A stretch of 64,000 nt of DNA from assembly GCA_034521735.1 (NCBI GenBank), contig JAXHLX010000002.1, positions 57,130 through 121,129 on the forward strand, given 5' to 3'. A model generated the notes under the pieces. It was not told the DNA's origin. It worked only from the letters and a program-made list of their open reading frames with translations, and did not search any database. How positions within the stretch are numbered: the first letter of the stretch is position 1; every line of letters starts with the position of its first letter. Positions 23,274 through 37,248 of the stretch are shown here, piece after piece. This DNA is from Bacteroidales bacterium. GTDB lineage: Bacteria; Bacteroidota; Bacteroidia; Bacteroidales; VadinHA17. Position numbers and translations under genes: made by a program.

Positions 23274-23367
23274 CTTGGGAAGGCATCGGGGCCGTGAGAG
23301 AAGAGAAAGGAGAGAGAAGGGAAGGAGAGAGAGATAGAAAGGGTCAGATGTTTTTCAAAAAAGCTTC

Positions 23368-23441
23368 GGGGAATTAGCTCAGCTGGCTAGAGCGCCTGCC
23401 TTGCACGCAGGAGGTCATCGGTTCGACTCCGATATTCTCCA
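23368..23441 (+). tRNA. tRNA-Ala(TGC)
   Basis: GGGGAAT/ATTCTCC acceptor stem with G3:U70, CCTGC-CTTGCAC-GCAGG anticodon arm, GTTCGACT T-loop. Confidence 0.97.
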
Positions 23442-23569
23442 CGGTTTCTGAAAAAAGAGGGTAAAGGGATTTACCTGAGTAATCAGACAGATCCCGGTCA
23501 CCCGGTTTTTTCAGGAAAAAGTTCTTTGACATGATGGAAAAACGAGAATAGTAATAAAAGAATACTTGA

Positions 23570-26464
<2,895 letters not shown>

Positions 26465-26609
26465 ATAAAAAGGTATATTTTATTATTAATCTCGTGATTT
26501 CATCATGTTAAGATATTTATATTTCCCGCTGCAAAGGCAGGGATCTGTGATCCCAGGAGCCGGAAGGCAGCAAAAGGCCCGGTAAAACGGAGCCGGGAAA
26601 TTAAGATCT

Positions 26610-26719
<110 letters not shown>

Positions 26720-26726
26720 TATAAAC

Positions 26727-26841
26727 AAAAGGGACTGTCTGAAAATGGCGGTCCTTTTTTTGTGCTATACTGCTGGCAAAAGGAAGTTAAGCTGTTATGA
26801 TCTGTCTGGACTGTCTGAAAAAGGCGGTCCTTTTTTTGTGC
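26727..26841 (+). terminator. Two tandem, nearly identical intrinsic terminators of the rRNA operon
   Basis: ggactgtctgaaaa(t/a)ggcggtcctttttttgtgc at 26732-26765 and 26808-26841; each is a hairpin followed by a U-tract. Confidence 0.85.
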
Positions 26842-26901
26842 ATGCATTTTTTTTACCTATAGGCTGTAATCCCCGAGTGGGAAATATGAGTTACAGCAAA
26901 G

Positions 26902-26936
26902 AAAAAACCATCCTGCAATAAAACAGGATGGTTTTT
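26902..26936. terminator. Bidirectional intrinsic terminator (ppiD-like gene / rRNA operon)
   Basis: AAAAACCATCCTG-caataaaa-CAGGATGGTTTTT perfect inverted repeat. Confidence 0.8.
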
Positions 26937-26982
26937 ACCGGAACCGGCATGTATCTTTCGGCCGGGAGCCGTGTATCTTACT

Positions 26983-29103
26983 CTAATAGAATTTATATCT
27001 TTTGTCTACAATATTGGATTTCTCCTTCAGGGCTTCAAATACCTCAAAGCTGGCCCTTGCTGCATAGGTTGAGCTGAGCCTGTTGCGAAGCATTTCCGGA
27101 TCCGGGGCCTGCTCATTCGGTCTTATATTATTGACTGATATGATAAATACACCATTATTGCCTTTGACCGGATTATCAATAACACCTTCTTCGCTGACTG
27201 ATGCGGCGCTTGCTATTACAGCAGGCTCAACACCTGCAGAAGGAATTGAAAAGGAGTTGAAGTTAATATTTGTTGCTTCATTGATCCTGAGACCCAGGCT
27301 TGAGGCTATATCTTCAATATTATCCAATCCCGCTGTCTCCTTATTCATATTTTCTGTTATCTTTTCAGCTTTCTTATCCTGCATCACGGCATAGCGCACT
27401 TCTGATTCCACATCTTTAAGACTGGCATAACCTTTCTCCTTAATATCTGTACAATAGGCTATGACGAATTTATCTCCAAGCTCAAATATAGGCTGTTGGC
27501 TATTATCCAGGATAATACTATTAGCTTCAGCATCAAACAGCGCCATTATGAGCACCCTCGGGTTTTCGAGTCCGGGTATCTCTTTTTGCTCCGGAGCTAT
27601 GTCGCTTGCAAGTTTCTTGTTGATTCCTTCATCAGCCACTGTCTGGTTGAACCTTGTATAGCTGTTATTGTTTGCAGCGAATTTTCTGGCTTCGGCAAAG
27701 ACGGTATTATAGGTTTTCGAGCTTGGCTCAATGGCCCTTTCAATAATTCCGGTATGGTATTTTTTTGTTCTGCCGCTCTGATCAAGAATTTCAAATATAT
27801 GATATCCGAATTCAGTTTCAACAATATCAAGATCCCCTGTATTGCCTTCAAAACATGCATTATTAAATGATGTGATCATCATTCCTTCTTCAAACCAGCC
27901 CAGGTCGCCACCCAGCTGAGCTGATCCCTGGTCGTCTGATAATTCCATCGCAAGGGCTTCAAAACTTTCACCTGATTTTATGAGTTGCAGGATGCTGTCG
28001 GCCTCGCTCTTTGCCATTGCGGAATTGCGGTAAGCATTGGCTGAAAGAAGTAAATGCCTTACATGCACAGAGTCGGGCCTGTAATCCACATCGATAAGAC
28101 GGGCTATCTTATAGGTCTTACCTTCAAGGTAGGGTCCGAATACGGCTTCCGTATTTTCCTCAGCTACAAAATCCCTGATAGCCTCCGGTACCTCCTCAAT
28201 GGGCCTGTACACCACGGTATGGCGGTTATCGGAGGAAAGGTTAATAAACTGTACAGGCGACTCCGTTGTTCTGAATTCATCTATAAGTTCAATAATTCCT
28301 TCTTCGGTATTCTTTATGTCTTCGGCACTGGGCTCCACGGGGAATTCAAGGTATTCCATGCTTCTGCGGGGTTCCTGGCTGTAATTCTCCTTATTATTCC
28401 TGTAATATTTCTCCAGGTCGGATTTTGTAATAATAATGGATGAGTCAGGTACGGTTGAATATTGCCTCATTACAAAGCTGAAGTCAACAGTGTTTGAGTT
28501 TATATCGCTTTCAAATTCTGCCTGTTTTGAAGTCACATACAAGCCCTTGGCTATCAGATTGTTGAATTTGGTATTAATCTTTTCATTTACAATCTCATTT
28601 TCAAAAAACAGCCAGTAAGACCTTGCCTGCGGATCATATTCAGTGCTCTTGAGGAAATTAACCAGGAAGGATTTGTCAAGCACACCCGTTTCCCTGTTGG
28701 CAAATAGCTGCTGAACAATGGGATGGGGTTCGTCACCCAGCACCATGGATTCCACTTCTTCTGCACTGACATCAAGTCCGAGTTCCCTGAATTCCTCACC
28801 CAGCACTTCTTCCGTTATTATCTTATTCCAGATATCCTCCCTCATGGATTCTGTCATTTCCTCGGTGATATTGCTGGTTCCCGACATTTTATATATCTCA
28901 ACCAGGTTCTGTAACCTCTTATCATACTCCTGGTAGGTCACTGGCTCTCCACCAATCTTCCCTATCTCATTATCCTGCATCTGTCTTTTCTGTCCGCTTC
29001 CCCCTCCCAGGAAGTCGCCAAGGATGAAAAATACCAGGGATACCCCGATTACTACTGCAAGAAGCACGCCTGCTCTTTCCCGTAGTGTTTGTAATACTGA
29101 CAT
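26983..29103 (-). CDS. PpiD-like membrane-anchored peptidyl-prolyl isomerase (SurA N-terminal domain + rotamase)
   Basis: MSVLQTLRER plus one TM helix; parvulin motifs VRHLLL, SDDQGSAQLGGDLGWF, VETEFGYHI. TATATTTG promoter on the minus strand at 29146-29153. Confidence 0.9.
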   Translation of the reverse strand: MSVLQTLRERAGVLLAVVIGVSLVFFILGDFLGGGSGQKRQMQDNEIGKIGGEPVTYQEYDKRLQNLVEIYKMSGTSNITEEMTESMREDIWNKIITEEVLGEEFRELGLDVSAEEVESMVLGDEPHPIVQQLFANRETGVLDKSFLVNFLKSTEYDPQARSYWLFFENEIVNEKINTKFNNLIAKGLYVTSKQAEFESDINSNTVDFSFVMRQYSTVPDSSIIITKSDLEKYYRNNKENYSQEPRRSMEYLEFPVEPSAEDIKNTEEGIIELIDEFRTTESPVQFINLSSDNRHTVVYRPIEEVPEAIRDFVAEENTEAVFGPYLEGKTYKIARLIDVDYRPDSVHVRHLLLSANAYRNSAMAKSEADSILQLIKSGESFEALAMELSDDQGSAQLGGDLGWFEEGMMITSFNNACFEGNTGDLDIVETEFGYHIFEILDQSGRTKKYHTGIIERAIEPSSKTYNTVFAEARKFAANNNSYTRFNQTVADEGINKKLASDIAPEQKEIPGLENPRVLIMALFDAEANSIILDNSQQPIFELGDKFVIAYCTDIKEKGYASLKDVESEVRYAVMQDKKAEKITENMNKETAGLDNIEDIASSLGLRINEATNINFNSFSIPSAGVEPAVIASAASVSEEGVIDNPVKGNNGVFIISVNNIRPNEQAPDPEMLRNRLSSTYAARASFEVFEALKEKSNIVDKRYKFY

Positions 29104-29437
29104 TTATATTGTTTTTTGTTTTCTAAAGTATATTTTTTCAGGCGACAAATATAGTAAAAAATTGTATAAGGTAATACTCTTATATGCATGGATTCTGTTA
29201 TTTACTGTATAAGCAGAGCGGAGGGTCAGTAATTACCCCTGTCATGCAAGGGCAGGGCCAGGTTCTTGATGATAAAATTTTAAGTATATGGAAACAAGAG
29301 TCATAAGAGGTAAATAATGTAGAATAGAAAAACAGGGTCTGTAAAAAGGTAGTATAAAGACAAAAAAGAGAGTAATAATTGAAATACACTGTATAAAAAT
29401 AGGGGTCTGTTAATAATAAAAACATAAAAGTTAATAA

Positions 29438-29483
29438 TATACCCTGAAAAAAATAGGGTATAAGCTAAAAATATATAGTTTTG
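29438..29483 (+). promoter_or_regulatory. Palindromic operator candidate and -7 element upstream of glnA
   Basis: TATACCCT-N9-AGGGTATA (29438-29462) followed by TAGTTTTG (29476-29483). Confidence 0.6.
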
Positions 29484-29501
29484 TCAAAAAAATTACTGGT
29501 T

Positions 29502-31692
29502 ATGGCAGAATTACGATTCAGTGCATTGCGCGAAGTTTTTTCCCGGGAGGTAATAAGTATTGATCATCCGGCAGAAAAGATATCGGAATATTTCGGTGTT
29601 AATGTTTTTGATCTTAAAAAGATGGAACGCTACCTGCCTCTGGAAACATACAGGGCAGTGAAGCTTGCAGTGGAAAAAGGAAATTCAATAAGTCGCGAAG
29701 TAGCTGACAAAGTGGCTACAGGCATGAAAACCTGGGCACTTGAAAGAGATGTAACCCATTATACCCACTGGTTTCATCCCCTGACAGATGCCACTGCGGA
29801 AAAGCATGATTCTTTTATTGAGAGGAATGATTTTGAAGGGCTGGTGGAGTCATTATCCGGCGAACTTCTCGTTCAGCAGGAACCTGATGCTTCAAGCTTC
29901 CCCAGTGGCGGAATAAGGAACACCTTTGAGGCAAGGGGTTATACTGCCTGGGATGTTTCATCACCTGCATTTATAATAGGGCGCACACTGTGCATCCCTA
30001 CTGTTTTTGTCTCTTATACGGGCGATGCCCTGGATTATAAGACACCCCTGCTTAAGGCCCTGAGCGAGCTTGACAGTGCCGCGACAGCCGTATGCCGCTA
30101 TTTTGACAGGAATGTGGATAAGGTTATTGCAAACCTGGGCTGGGAGCAGGAATATTTTCTTATCGATGAAGCATTATACTATGCGCGTCCGGATCTGGTA
30201 CTGGCCGATCGCACCCTGATGGGACACCAGTCGTCCAAAGATCAGCAGCTAGCCGATCATTATTTCAGTTCTATACCTGAACGTGTTATGTCTTTTATGG
30301 AGGACTTTGAGATTGAGGCTTATAAGCTTGGCATCCCTGTTAAGACCAGGCATAATGAGGTGGCTCCAAACCAGTTTGAGTGTGCCCCTCTGTTTGAGGA
30401 AGCCAACCTTTCTGTTGACCATAACCAGCTTATTATGGATCTGATGAAGAGGATAGCAAGGAAACATAAATTCAGGGTCTTGCTTCATGAGAAGCCTTTT
30501 GCAGGGATTAACGGTTCGGGTAAACATAATAACTGGTCCCTTGCAACAAATACGGGGGTCAACCTTCTCTCGCCTGCGAAGAACCCGAAAGGGAACCTGC
30601 AGTTTCTTACTTTTCTCGTGAACGTGATAAAGGCGGTGAAGGATAATAAGGATTTGCTTAGAGCCAGTGTGCTTACTGCAACCAACACCTACAGACTTGG
30701 AGGCAATGAAGCCCCGCCGGCTATTATGTCGGTTTTCCTGGGCTCATACCTTACCACTATGCTTGATGATATTGTAAAAAAGGTGACAGGCAAGAAGATG
30801 ACACCTGCTGAGAAGACTGAGCTTAAACTGGGAATTGGCAAGATACCCGAGATACTGCTTGATAATACTGACCGTAACCGCACCTCACCCTTTGCCTTTA
30901 CTGGGAACAGGTTTGAGTTCAGAGCAGTGGGCTCATCAGCCAGCTGTGCACCGGCAATGATAGCTTTGAATGCTTCAATGGCAGATACACTCAGGACATT
31001 CACTAAGGAGGTGGATGAGCTTATCCATAAAGGAATGAAAAAGGATGAAGCAATATTCAAGGTACTGAAAAGATATATTGTGGAATCTACTGACATACGA
31101 TTTGAGGGAGACGGTTATTCTGAAGACTGGGAAAATGAAGCCCGTAAAAGGAATCTTTCGAATATCACAAGCGTCCCTGAATCACTGACCAGTTATCTGA
31201 GCGAACAGTCAAAAAAGGTTTTGATAAACGGTGGTATTTTCAGCGAAAGGGAGCTGGAAAGCCGCGTGGGAGTGGAGCTGGAGAAATATACCAAGAAAGT
31301 GCAGATTGAAGCAAGGGTGCTTGGCGACCTGGCAATTAACCATATCATTCCTACTGCAATAAAATATATGACCGATCTCCTGGATAATATTAAGTCGCTC
31401 GGCATGGTCTTCAGCGAGGTTGAGTTTGAAAGACTGGCAGGGGCCAGGAAGGAAGTGGTAGTAACACTTTCAGACCATATATCAGAAATAAAAATACTTG
31501 TTAATGATATGGTGGAAGAAAGAAAGCAAGGCTAATGTTATTACAGATGCAAGGGAGAAAGCCATTGCCTATGAGAGAAATGTTAAACCATACCTTGAAA
31601 AGATAAGATCCCATATAGATAAACTGGAGCTTATCGTTGACAATGAAATATGGCCGCTACCCAAGTACAGGGAACTGCTCTTTACCAGGTGA
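29502..31692 (+). CDS. glnA: Glutamine synthetase type III (one +1 frameshift near 31525)
   Basis: THYTHWFHPLT..TAEKHD, QQEPDASSFPSGG, HEKPFAGINGSGKHNNW, DRNRTSPFAFTGNRFEFR. The C-terminal WPLPKYRELLF lies in ORF 31498..31692. Confidence 0.95.
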
Positions 31693-31846
31693 TTTTATCC
31701 CTACTGCCTGAATTAAGCCAGGCATCCGGATCTTGTTTGCATAATATTTGCAGCATGATCTGCGTTTATCTATTGCTTAATCTTGTGATAGTTCTGGTTA
31801 AGGATTAAAAAACATTAATTTTACGTAAAATTTTGAAGCAGGGATT

Positions 31847-33817
31847 ATGGTTCGGACAGTGGTGTTGATAATGATCATTCTTATTCCTTTTACCGCCTAC
31901 CCACAGAAGAGGAAGGCTCAAAAAGCATATGATGCGTGGGAGGCGGGCGAATACTTTGAGGCGATTGACCTTTTTAAGGATGCTTATTCGAAAACCAGGG
32001 ATAATACCGAGAGATCGGAATATGTTTTTATGGTGGCGGAGAGTTACAGGTATACAAATAATCCCCGAAGTGCTGTAACATGGTATAAAAAGATAGCAGG
32101 TAAGGATAACGCACGGCCCGAAGCAAGTTACTGGTATGCCCGGTCTCTTAAGATGAATGGTAAATATGAAGATGCAATAGAGGCATTCAGGGAATACAAG
32201 CAGCTGGTGCCTTCCGATGCCAGGGCTGATATTGGTATAAGGTCCTGTGAGCTTGCCATTGAATGGATGGAATCGCCGGAGCAGCATGAGATAGATGATG
32301 TAAGGGACCTCAATTCCAGGGCCTCTGACTTCTGCCCTGCCTATGCGAGGGATGATTACGGTATGGTATATATCACTTCATCAAGGGAAGAGGCTACGGG
32401 CAATAATGAGCATGGTGCCACGGGCGAGAGTTTCACGGATATATTTGAAAGCCGTCTGGATAAGAAAGGCCGCTGGAGTACTCCCGTGCCGGTAAATGAT
32501 ATTAATACAGAGTTCGAAGATGGTGCCGCCAGTTTCAGCTCTGACTTCAGGGACATATATTTTACCCGTTGCGATATGGGTAAGCGGGAGAACAGGGGAT
32601 GTGTTATCATGACAGCCAGCCGTGCAGGAGAGGGCTGGAGCCAGCCGGAAAAGCTGGACATACTGCCTGACACCCTTGTGGCAGCACATCCTGCAATATC
32701 AGCTGACGGTCTTACATTATTCTTTGTATCACAACTGTCTGACAGTTACGGAGGCAAGGACATATATTATGTTACAAGATCATCAGCCGGTGATGAGTGG
32801 TCAAAGCCCGTAAACGCAGGACCTGATATCAATACAGTTGCAGATGAGCTGTTTCCTTATCTGAGGGCCAACGGCACTTTGTATTTTGCCTCGGATGGTC
32901 ATATTGGTATGGGCGGACTGGATATTTTCAAGGCTGAAAGGGGAGCTGACGGCCAGTGGGTGGTCGATAATATGAAGTATCCCATTAATTCAAGCGCCGA
33001 TGATTTTGGTATCAGCTTCCAGGGCAACAGTGAAAAGGGACTGTTCAGCTCCACCAGGAAAGGCCGCACCAATGATGAGATATATTATTTTGAACTCCCT
33101 CCGCTGAGATTCTCGGTGCAGGGACTGGTAAAAGATGAGGAGACAGGTGAACCCATACCGGAAGCAAGGGTGCAGCTGATAGCCAGTGACGGAACAACGG
33201 TAAGCGATGACACGGGTGAGGGTGGTGAATTCAGGTTTATGCTCAATGAGGATGTGGATTATATATTCCTTGCCTCGAAAGAGGGCTTTCTTAACGGCAA
33301 GGAGAAGGAGACAACGCGCGGACAGGATAAAAGCCGGGAATTCCTCACCACCATATTGATGACATCCATCGATAAACCCATTGAGCTGCCGAATATATTA
33401 TATGATTTTAATAAATGGGATCTCAGACCCGAATCGATGGTGTCGCTTGATAAGCTGGTTGAGACACTGAATGATAATCCAAATGTTACCATTGAGCTTA
33501 TGTCGCATACCGATTCACGTGATACCGAGGAATATAATATGGAGCTGTCCCAGAAGAGGGCGCAGTCTGTTGTGGATTACCTGATAGAAAAAGGGATTGA
33601 TCCGCAGCGCCTGTCAGCACAGGGTTATGGTGAATCGCAGCCCAGGGTCATTGATGAAGAGCTGGCTGTTGATTATCCCTTCCTGACAGAAGGCGATGTT
33701 CTGGATGAGGAATTTATTGCGCAGCTGCAGGATGATGAGCAGAAAGAGATAGCTCACCAGATTAACAGGCGTACTGAGTTCAGGGTTCTCTCAACTGATT
33801 ATGAGGCTGAAGAGTAG
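31847..33817 (+). CDS. PorE-like TPR-PD40-carboxypeptidase regulatory-OmpA domain protein
   Basis: Signal peptide, N-terminal TPR, PD40 propeller motifs (YGGKDIY, GMGGLDIF), OmpA motifs ILYDFNKW, SHTDSR, LSQKRAQS, GYGESQP, NRRTEF. Confidence 0.88.
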   Translation: MVRTVVLIMIILIPFTAYPQKRKAQKAYDAWEAGEYFEAIDLFKDAYSKTRDNTERSEYVFMVAESYRYTNNPRSAVTWYKKIAGKDNARPEASYWYARSLKMNGKYEDAIEAFREYKQLVPSDARADIGIRSCELAIEWMESPEQHEIDDVRDLNSRASDFCPAYARDDYGMVYITSSREEATGNNEHGATGESFTDIFESRLDKKGRWSTPVPVNDINTEFEDGAASFSSDFRDIYFTRCDMGKRENRGCVIMTASRAGEGWSQPEKLDILPDTLVAAHPAISADGLTLFFVSQLSDSYGGKDIYYVTRSSAGDEWSKPVNAGPDINTVADELFPYLRANGTLYFASDGHIGMGGLDIFKAERGADGQWVVDNMKYPINSSADDFGISFQGNSEKGLFSSTRKGRTNDEIYYFELPPLRFSVQGLVKDEETGEPIPEARVQLIASDGTTVSDDTGEGGEFRFMLNEDVDYIFLASKEGFLNGKEKETTRGQDKSREFLTTILMTSIDKPIELPNILYDFNKWDLRPESMVSLDKLVETLNDNPNVTIELMSHTDSRDTEEYNMELSQKRAQSVVDYLIEKGIDPQRLSAQGYGESQPRVIDEELAVDYPFLTEGDVLDEEFIAQLQDDEQKEIAHQINRRTEFRVLSTDYEAEE

Positions 33818-33836
33818 CTGATTATCCATATAGCAA

Positions 33837-35928
33837 CTATATCTCCAGGTAGCCCAGCACGGTAAGGATGTTGACTGTATTTACCACATCAGCCAGTTTT
33901 ATCTCACCTGTTTTCATCTGTCCGTCAAGAAGTATTTTTATATCAAGTACATTATGATTGCCGTCGCAGAGCCTCAGTATCTCGTTTGCATCAGGTCTTC
34001 CTTCCACTGGATACTTTTCCGTAAGGCCTTCTTCCATTGCTTCTCTCATGATCTGTCGTCCGGCGCCGTATCCCGACTCCGTCAGCTTAGCTGTTATTAC
34101 GGGTACTGTCTTTGAAGCTTCCTTCTCCGCGGCTGACATGGAATATTTTAATGGCTTCAGTCCAAGCAGGCGGGCCTTTTGATCAGCATACAGGGTAAAA
34201 CCGGCCAGGCTGGCCTTTCCTGTTTCTTCAATATTATCAATATGCCCGGCGATAAAATCACCGTGCATCTTCCAGTCCCAGTTCACCAACCGACATTATC
34301 GTGGCTTTTTCATTGAGAACGGCAGCTTCAATATACCTGTATCCCCTGAACCACATATCCCTGAAGTTCTCAGCGTCGGCTTTGTCCAGCAGGTCGGTTG
34401 CCCTGAGCAGCTGAGCCCCTATTCTGCCTGAGGCATTGCCGGCAACCTCGCTGGCTATCTTCAGGGTTATCTCCTCATCGGCAGCCGCAATGGTATAGGC
34501 AGCGGCTGCAGCTATCACACAAACGCGTTTCATCTGTGTGGGGTCACATTTGTCAGCCCTGTCCTGTGAGGTATGATAGTACAGGTCAGGCCAGGTGATC
34601 ATCATTATCCCCGGTACACCTACTGCCGGGTCGTTAAAGACCTCGTGATCAGATGCACCGTAATGGTCATCAATACTGTAATAAAAAGGCTGATCGGTGC
34701 CGCTGGGAGCAACGATACGCTTAAGGAAGCCACCCCGGCCTGATATGGCCAGCCCTTCCCTGTTGGTTATTCCAACATACTCATAATAATTTTCCATCAC
34801 ATCATTCAGGTAATGTGCATTGCCGTAGGTTGTGCGCTGCATGCAAAGGAATGATTTACTATCGGCCATATTGAGGCCCACCATGTCCAGGTTTATATTA
34901 CACAGTGTCCTGTCCATTAGCTCCATATGCTCCTGTACCCATGGTATGGTGCCTGAAAATTCGGGTACCCAGATAAACCTTATACTTCTTTCAGGCCTGC
35001 TTATTTTACCCTCCTCTATCATGGATTGAAGCATCCTCGCCACCTCGAGGATGGCCGCCGAACCTGATATATTATCATTGGCCCCCTGCTTGACATATCC
35101 TTCAAAAAGGTGGGCTGTAAGTATTAATTCCTCTGCATCAGGCTTACTGCCCCTGATTACACATTCCGGAACTTCGAGCTGGTAGTCAAGCACCTGTGAT
35201 TTGACCTTAGCATGAACCTTTATCGTTTCTCCGCGCAGCAGTCTGTCGCGTAATATATGACCCTCCCTTGGGGGGAGCAGAAATCCGAATGTGTTATTTT
35301 CCTCTGATCCGCCTCTTCCGGCTATACCGGTAATGGGTATCGCCAGGGGTACTTCCAGCGGCCTTGGTGAATAGAAACTCACAATTCCCAGCGCACCATG
35401 CTTAAGGGCATTATTATGCACCATTCGGGGTGAACCTGAGGATAGTACTACCTTGCCTTCCACCGCTGCCTTAATGATCTCTTCCTCGCTGCCTTCGCCA
35501 ACCCATACCAGTTCAGCCTTAACATCGGTATTGGTGCTGCCTGAGGCCAGCATGGCTGTCAGGTCCTTGTAATCAGCCAGCTTTGACAGTCCCGGGCTTA
35601 CTTCCCATAGCTCAGCACTTATACCATCCCAGTAGCTTCCCCCGGGATACCTGTTTACTGTTACTCCTTCAAGTCCATATTCATTGAGTTTTGAGATAAC
35701 ATAGTCAGTTTCAAAAAAGTTGCCGCTGTATTCACTTGCCGGCCTGTTATGGTTATAGGCCCCCATCTCTATTATGTGGTTCATGGCAGTCTCACCCGAT
35801 GCCTCACCTATTATCATGTCCATGATGTTCTCGGGCAGCAGACTTCTGTATGTTGAGTTCTGGGCCTGAGCCGTGAACAGAAAACTCATGGAAAGGATAA
35901 GACAGCTGATGATGCTTTTATTTTTCAT
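33837..35928 (-). CDS. Secreted M28 family / DUF4910 aminopeptidase (one frameshift near 34262)
   Basis: Signal peptide, TAHLFE..GANDNISG, WVPEFSGT, INLDMVG, ASDH, YHTSQD. The winged-helix-like tail is in ORF 33837..34289. Confidence 0.85.
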
Positions 35929-36064
35929 AGGTTTAAAATTTTATTAGTTTTTAAAGGTAATGTTCTTATCGTTCCCCTGCCACCCCGGCAAGTGGTTTTT
36001 ACATTATTTAACATTTATCAAAGTCGGTTTATTTTAGTAAATTTGCATCCTGTAAAAAGAGCAT

Positions 36065-37234
36065 ATGAGCGCAGGATCAAGATACGGCAAAAGAGGTGTT
36101 TCAGCATCAAAGGAAGATGTACATGATGCTATCAGGGATATGGACAAGGGACTGTTTCCCGGCGCATTCTGTAAGGTGCTGCCCGATATACTGGGCGGTG
36201 ATCCCGATTATTGCAATATAATGCATGCAGATGGTGCGGGTACCAAATCATCACTGGCCTATATCTACTGGAGGGAAACAGGGGATATAAATGTGTGGAA
36301 AGGGATAGCCCAGGATGCTGTAATAATGAATATAGACGACCTCCTCTGTGTGGGAGTGACTGATAATATCCTTCTTTCATCAACCATAGGCAGGAATAAA
36401 AACCTGGTGCCCGGCGAAGTCATAAAGGCAATAATTACCGGAACAGAAGAGGTGCTTGAGCATCTGAGGGAGCAGGGTGTGGGTGTTTATCTTGCAGGTG
36501 GTGAGACAGCCGATGTGGGCGACCTGGTACGAACGGTGATTGTGGATTCAACCGTCACAGCCCGCATGAAGAGATCAGGAGTAATAACAAACGATAAGAT
36601 CTCTGCAGGGGATGTTATCATTGGCCTCTCGTCCGGCGGACAGACAACATATGAATCAGGATATAACGGTGGCATGGGTTCCAATGGTCTTACTTCCGCC
36701 AGGCATGATGTTTTTGCTTCTTACCTGGCAACAAAATACCCGGAGAGTTATGATCCGGATATGGATGAAGATTTGGTATATTCAGGTAGTTACAGGCTTA
36801 CGGATAAGATTGAAGGACTGGGACTGGATGCAGGCAAACTGGTGTTGTCGCCCACAAGAACATATGCCCCGGTTATCAGAACGGTGATTAAGGAGCTGGC
36901 ACCGCATATACATGGAATGATACATTGCTCTGGCGGCGCGCAGACGAAGGTGATGAATTTTGTAAATGATATCCATATAATAAAAGACAGCCTCTTCGAT
37001 ATTCCGCCACTGTTCCGTATAATACAGGAAGAGTCAGGTACTGACTGGAAAGAGATGTATAAGGTGTTCAATATGGGGCACAGGTTTGAGATATATATTA
37101 AGCCGGATCATGCCCAAAAAATAATGGATATAGCATCCTTATTCAATCTGGATGCAAAGATTATAGGGCATTGTGAAGCGGGCAGCGGGAAGAAGCTTAC
37201 CATAAAGGGTGAAGAAGGGAGCTGGGATTATTAA
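36065..37234 (+). CDS. purM: Phosphoribosylformylglycinamidine cyclo-ligase (Bacteroidota type)
   Basis: [44 protein letters not shown]; TAAATTTG promoter at 36038-36045. Confidence 0.93.
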   Translation: MSAGSRYGKRGVSASKEDVHDAIRDMDKGLFPGAFCKVLPDILGGDPDYCNIMHADGAGTKSSLAYIYWRETGDINVWKGIAQDAVIMNIDDLLCVGVTDNILLSSTIGRNKNLVPGEVIKAIITGTEEVLEHLREQGVGVYLAGGETADVGDLVRTVIVDSTVTARMKRSGVITNDKISAGDVIIGLSSGGQTTYESGYNGGMGSNGLTSARHDVFASYLATKYPESYDPDMDEDLVYSGSYRLTDKIEGLGLDAGKLVLSPTRTYAPVIRTVIKELAPHIHGMIHCSGGAQTKVMNFVNDIHIIKDSLFDIPPLFRIIQEESGTDWKEMYKVFNMGHRFEIYIKPDHAQKIMDIASLFNLDAKIIGHCEAGSGKKLTIKGEEGSWDY

Positions 37235-37248
37235 TAAATAGTTTTTTT

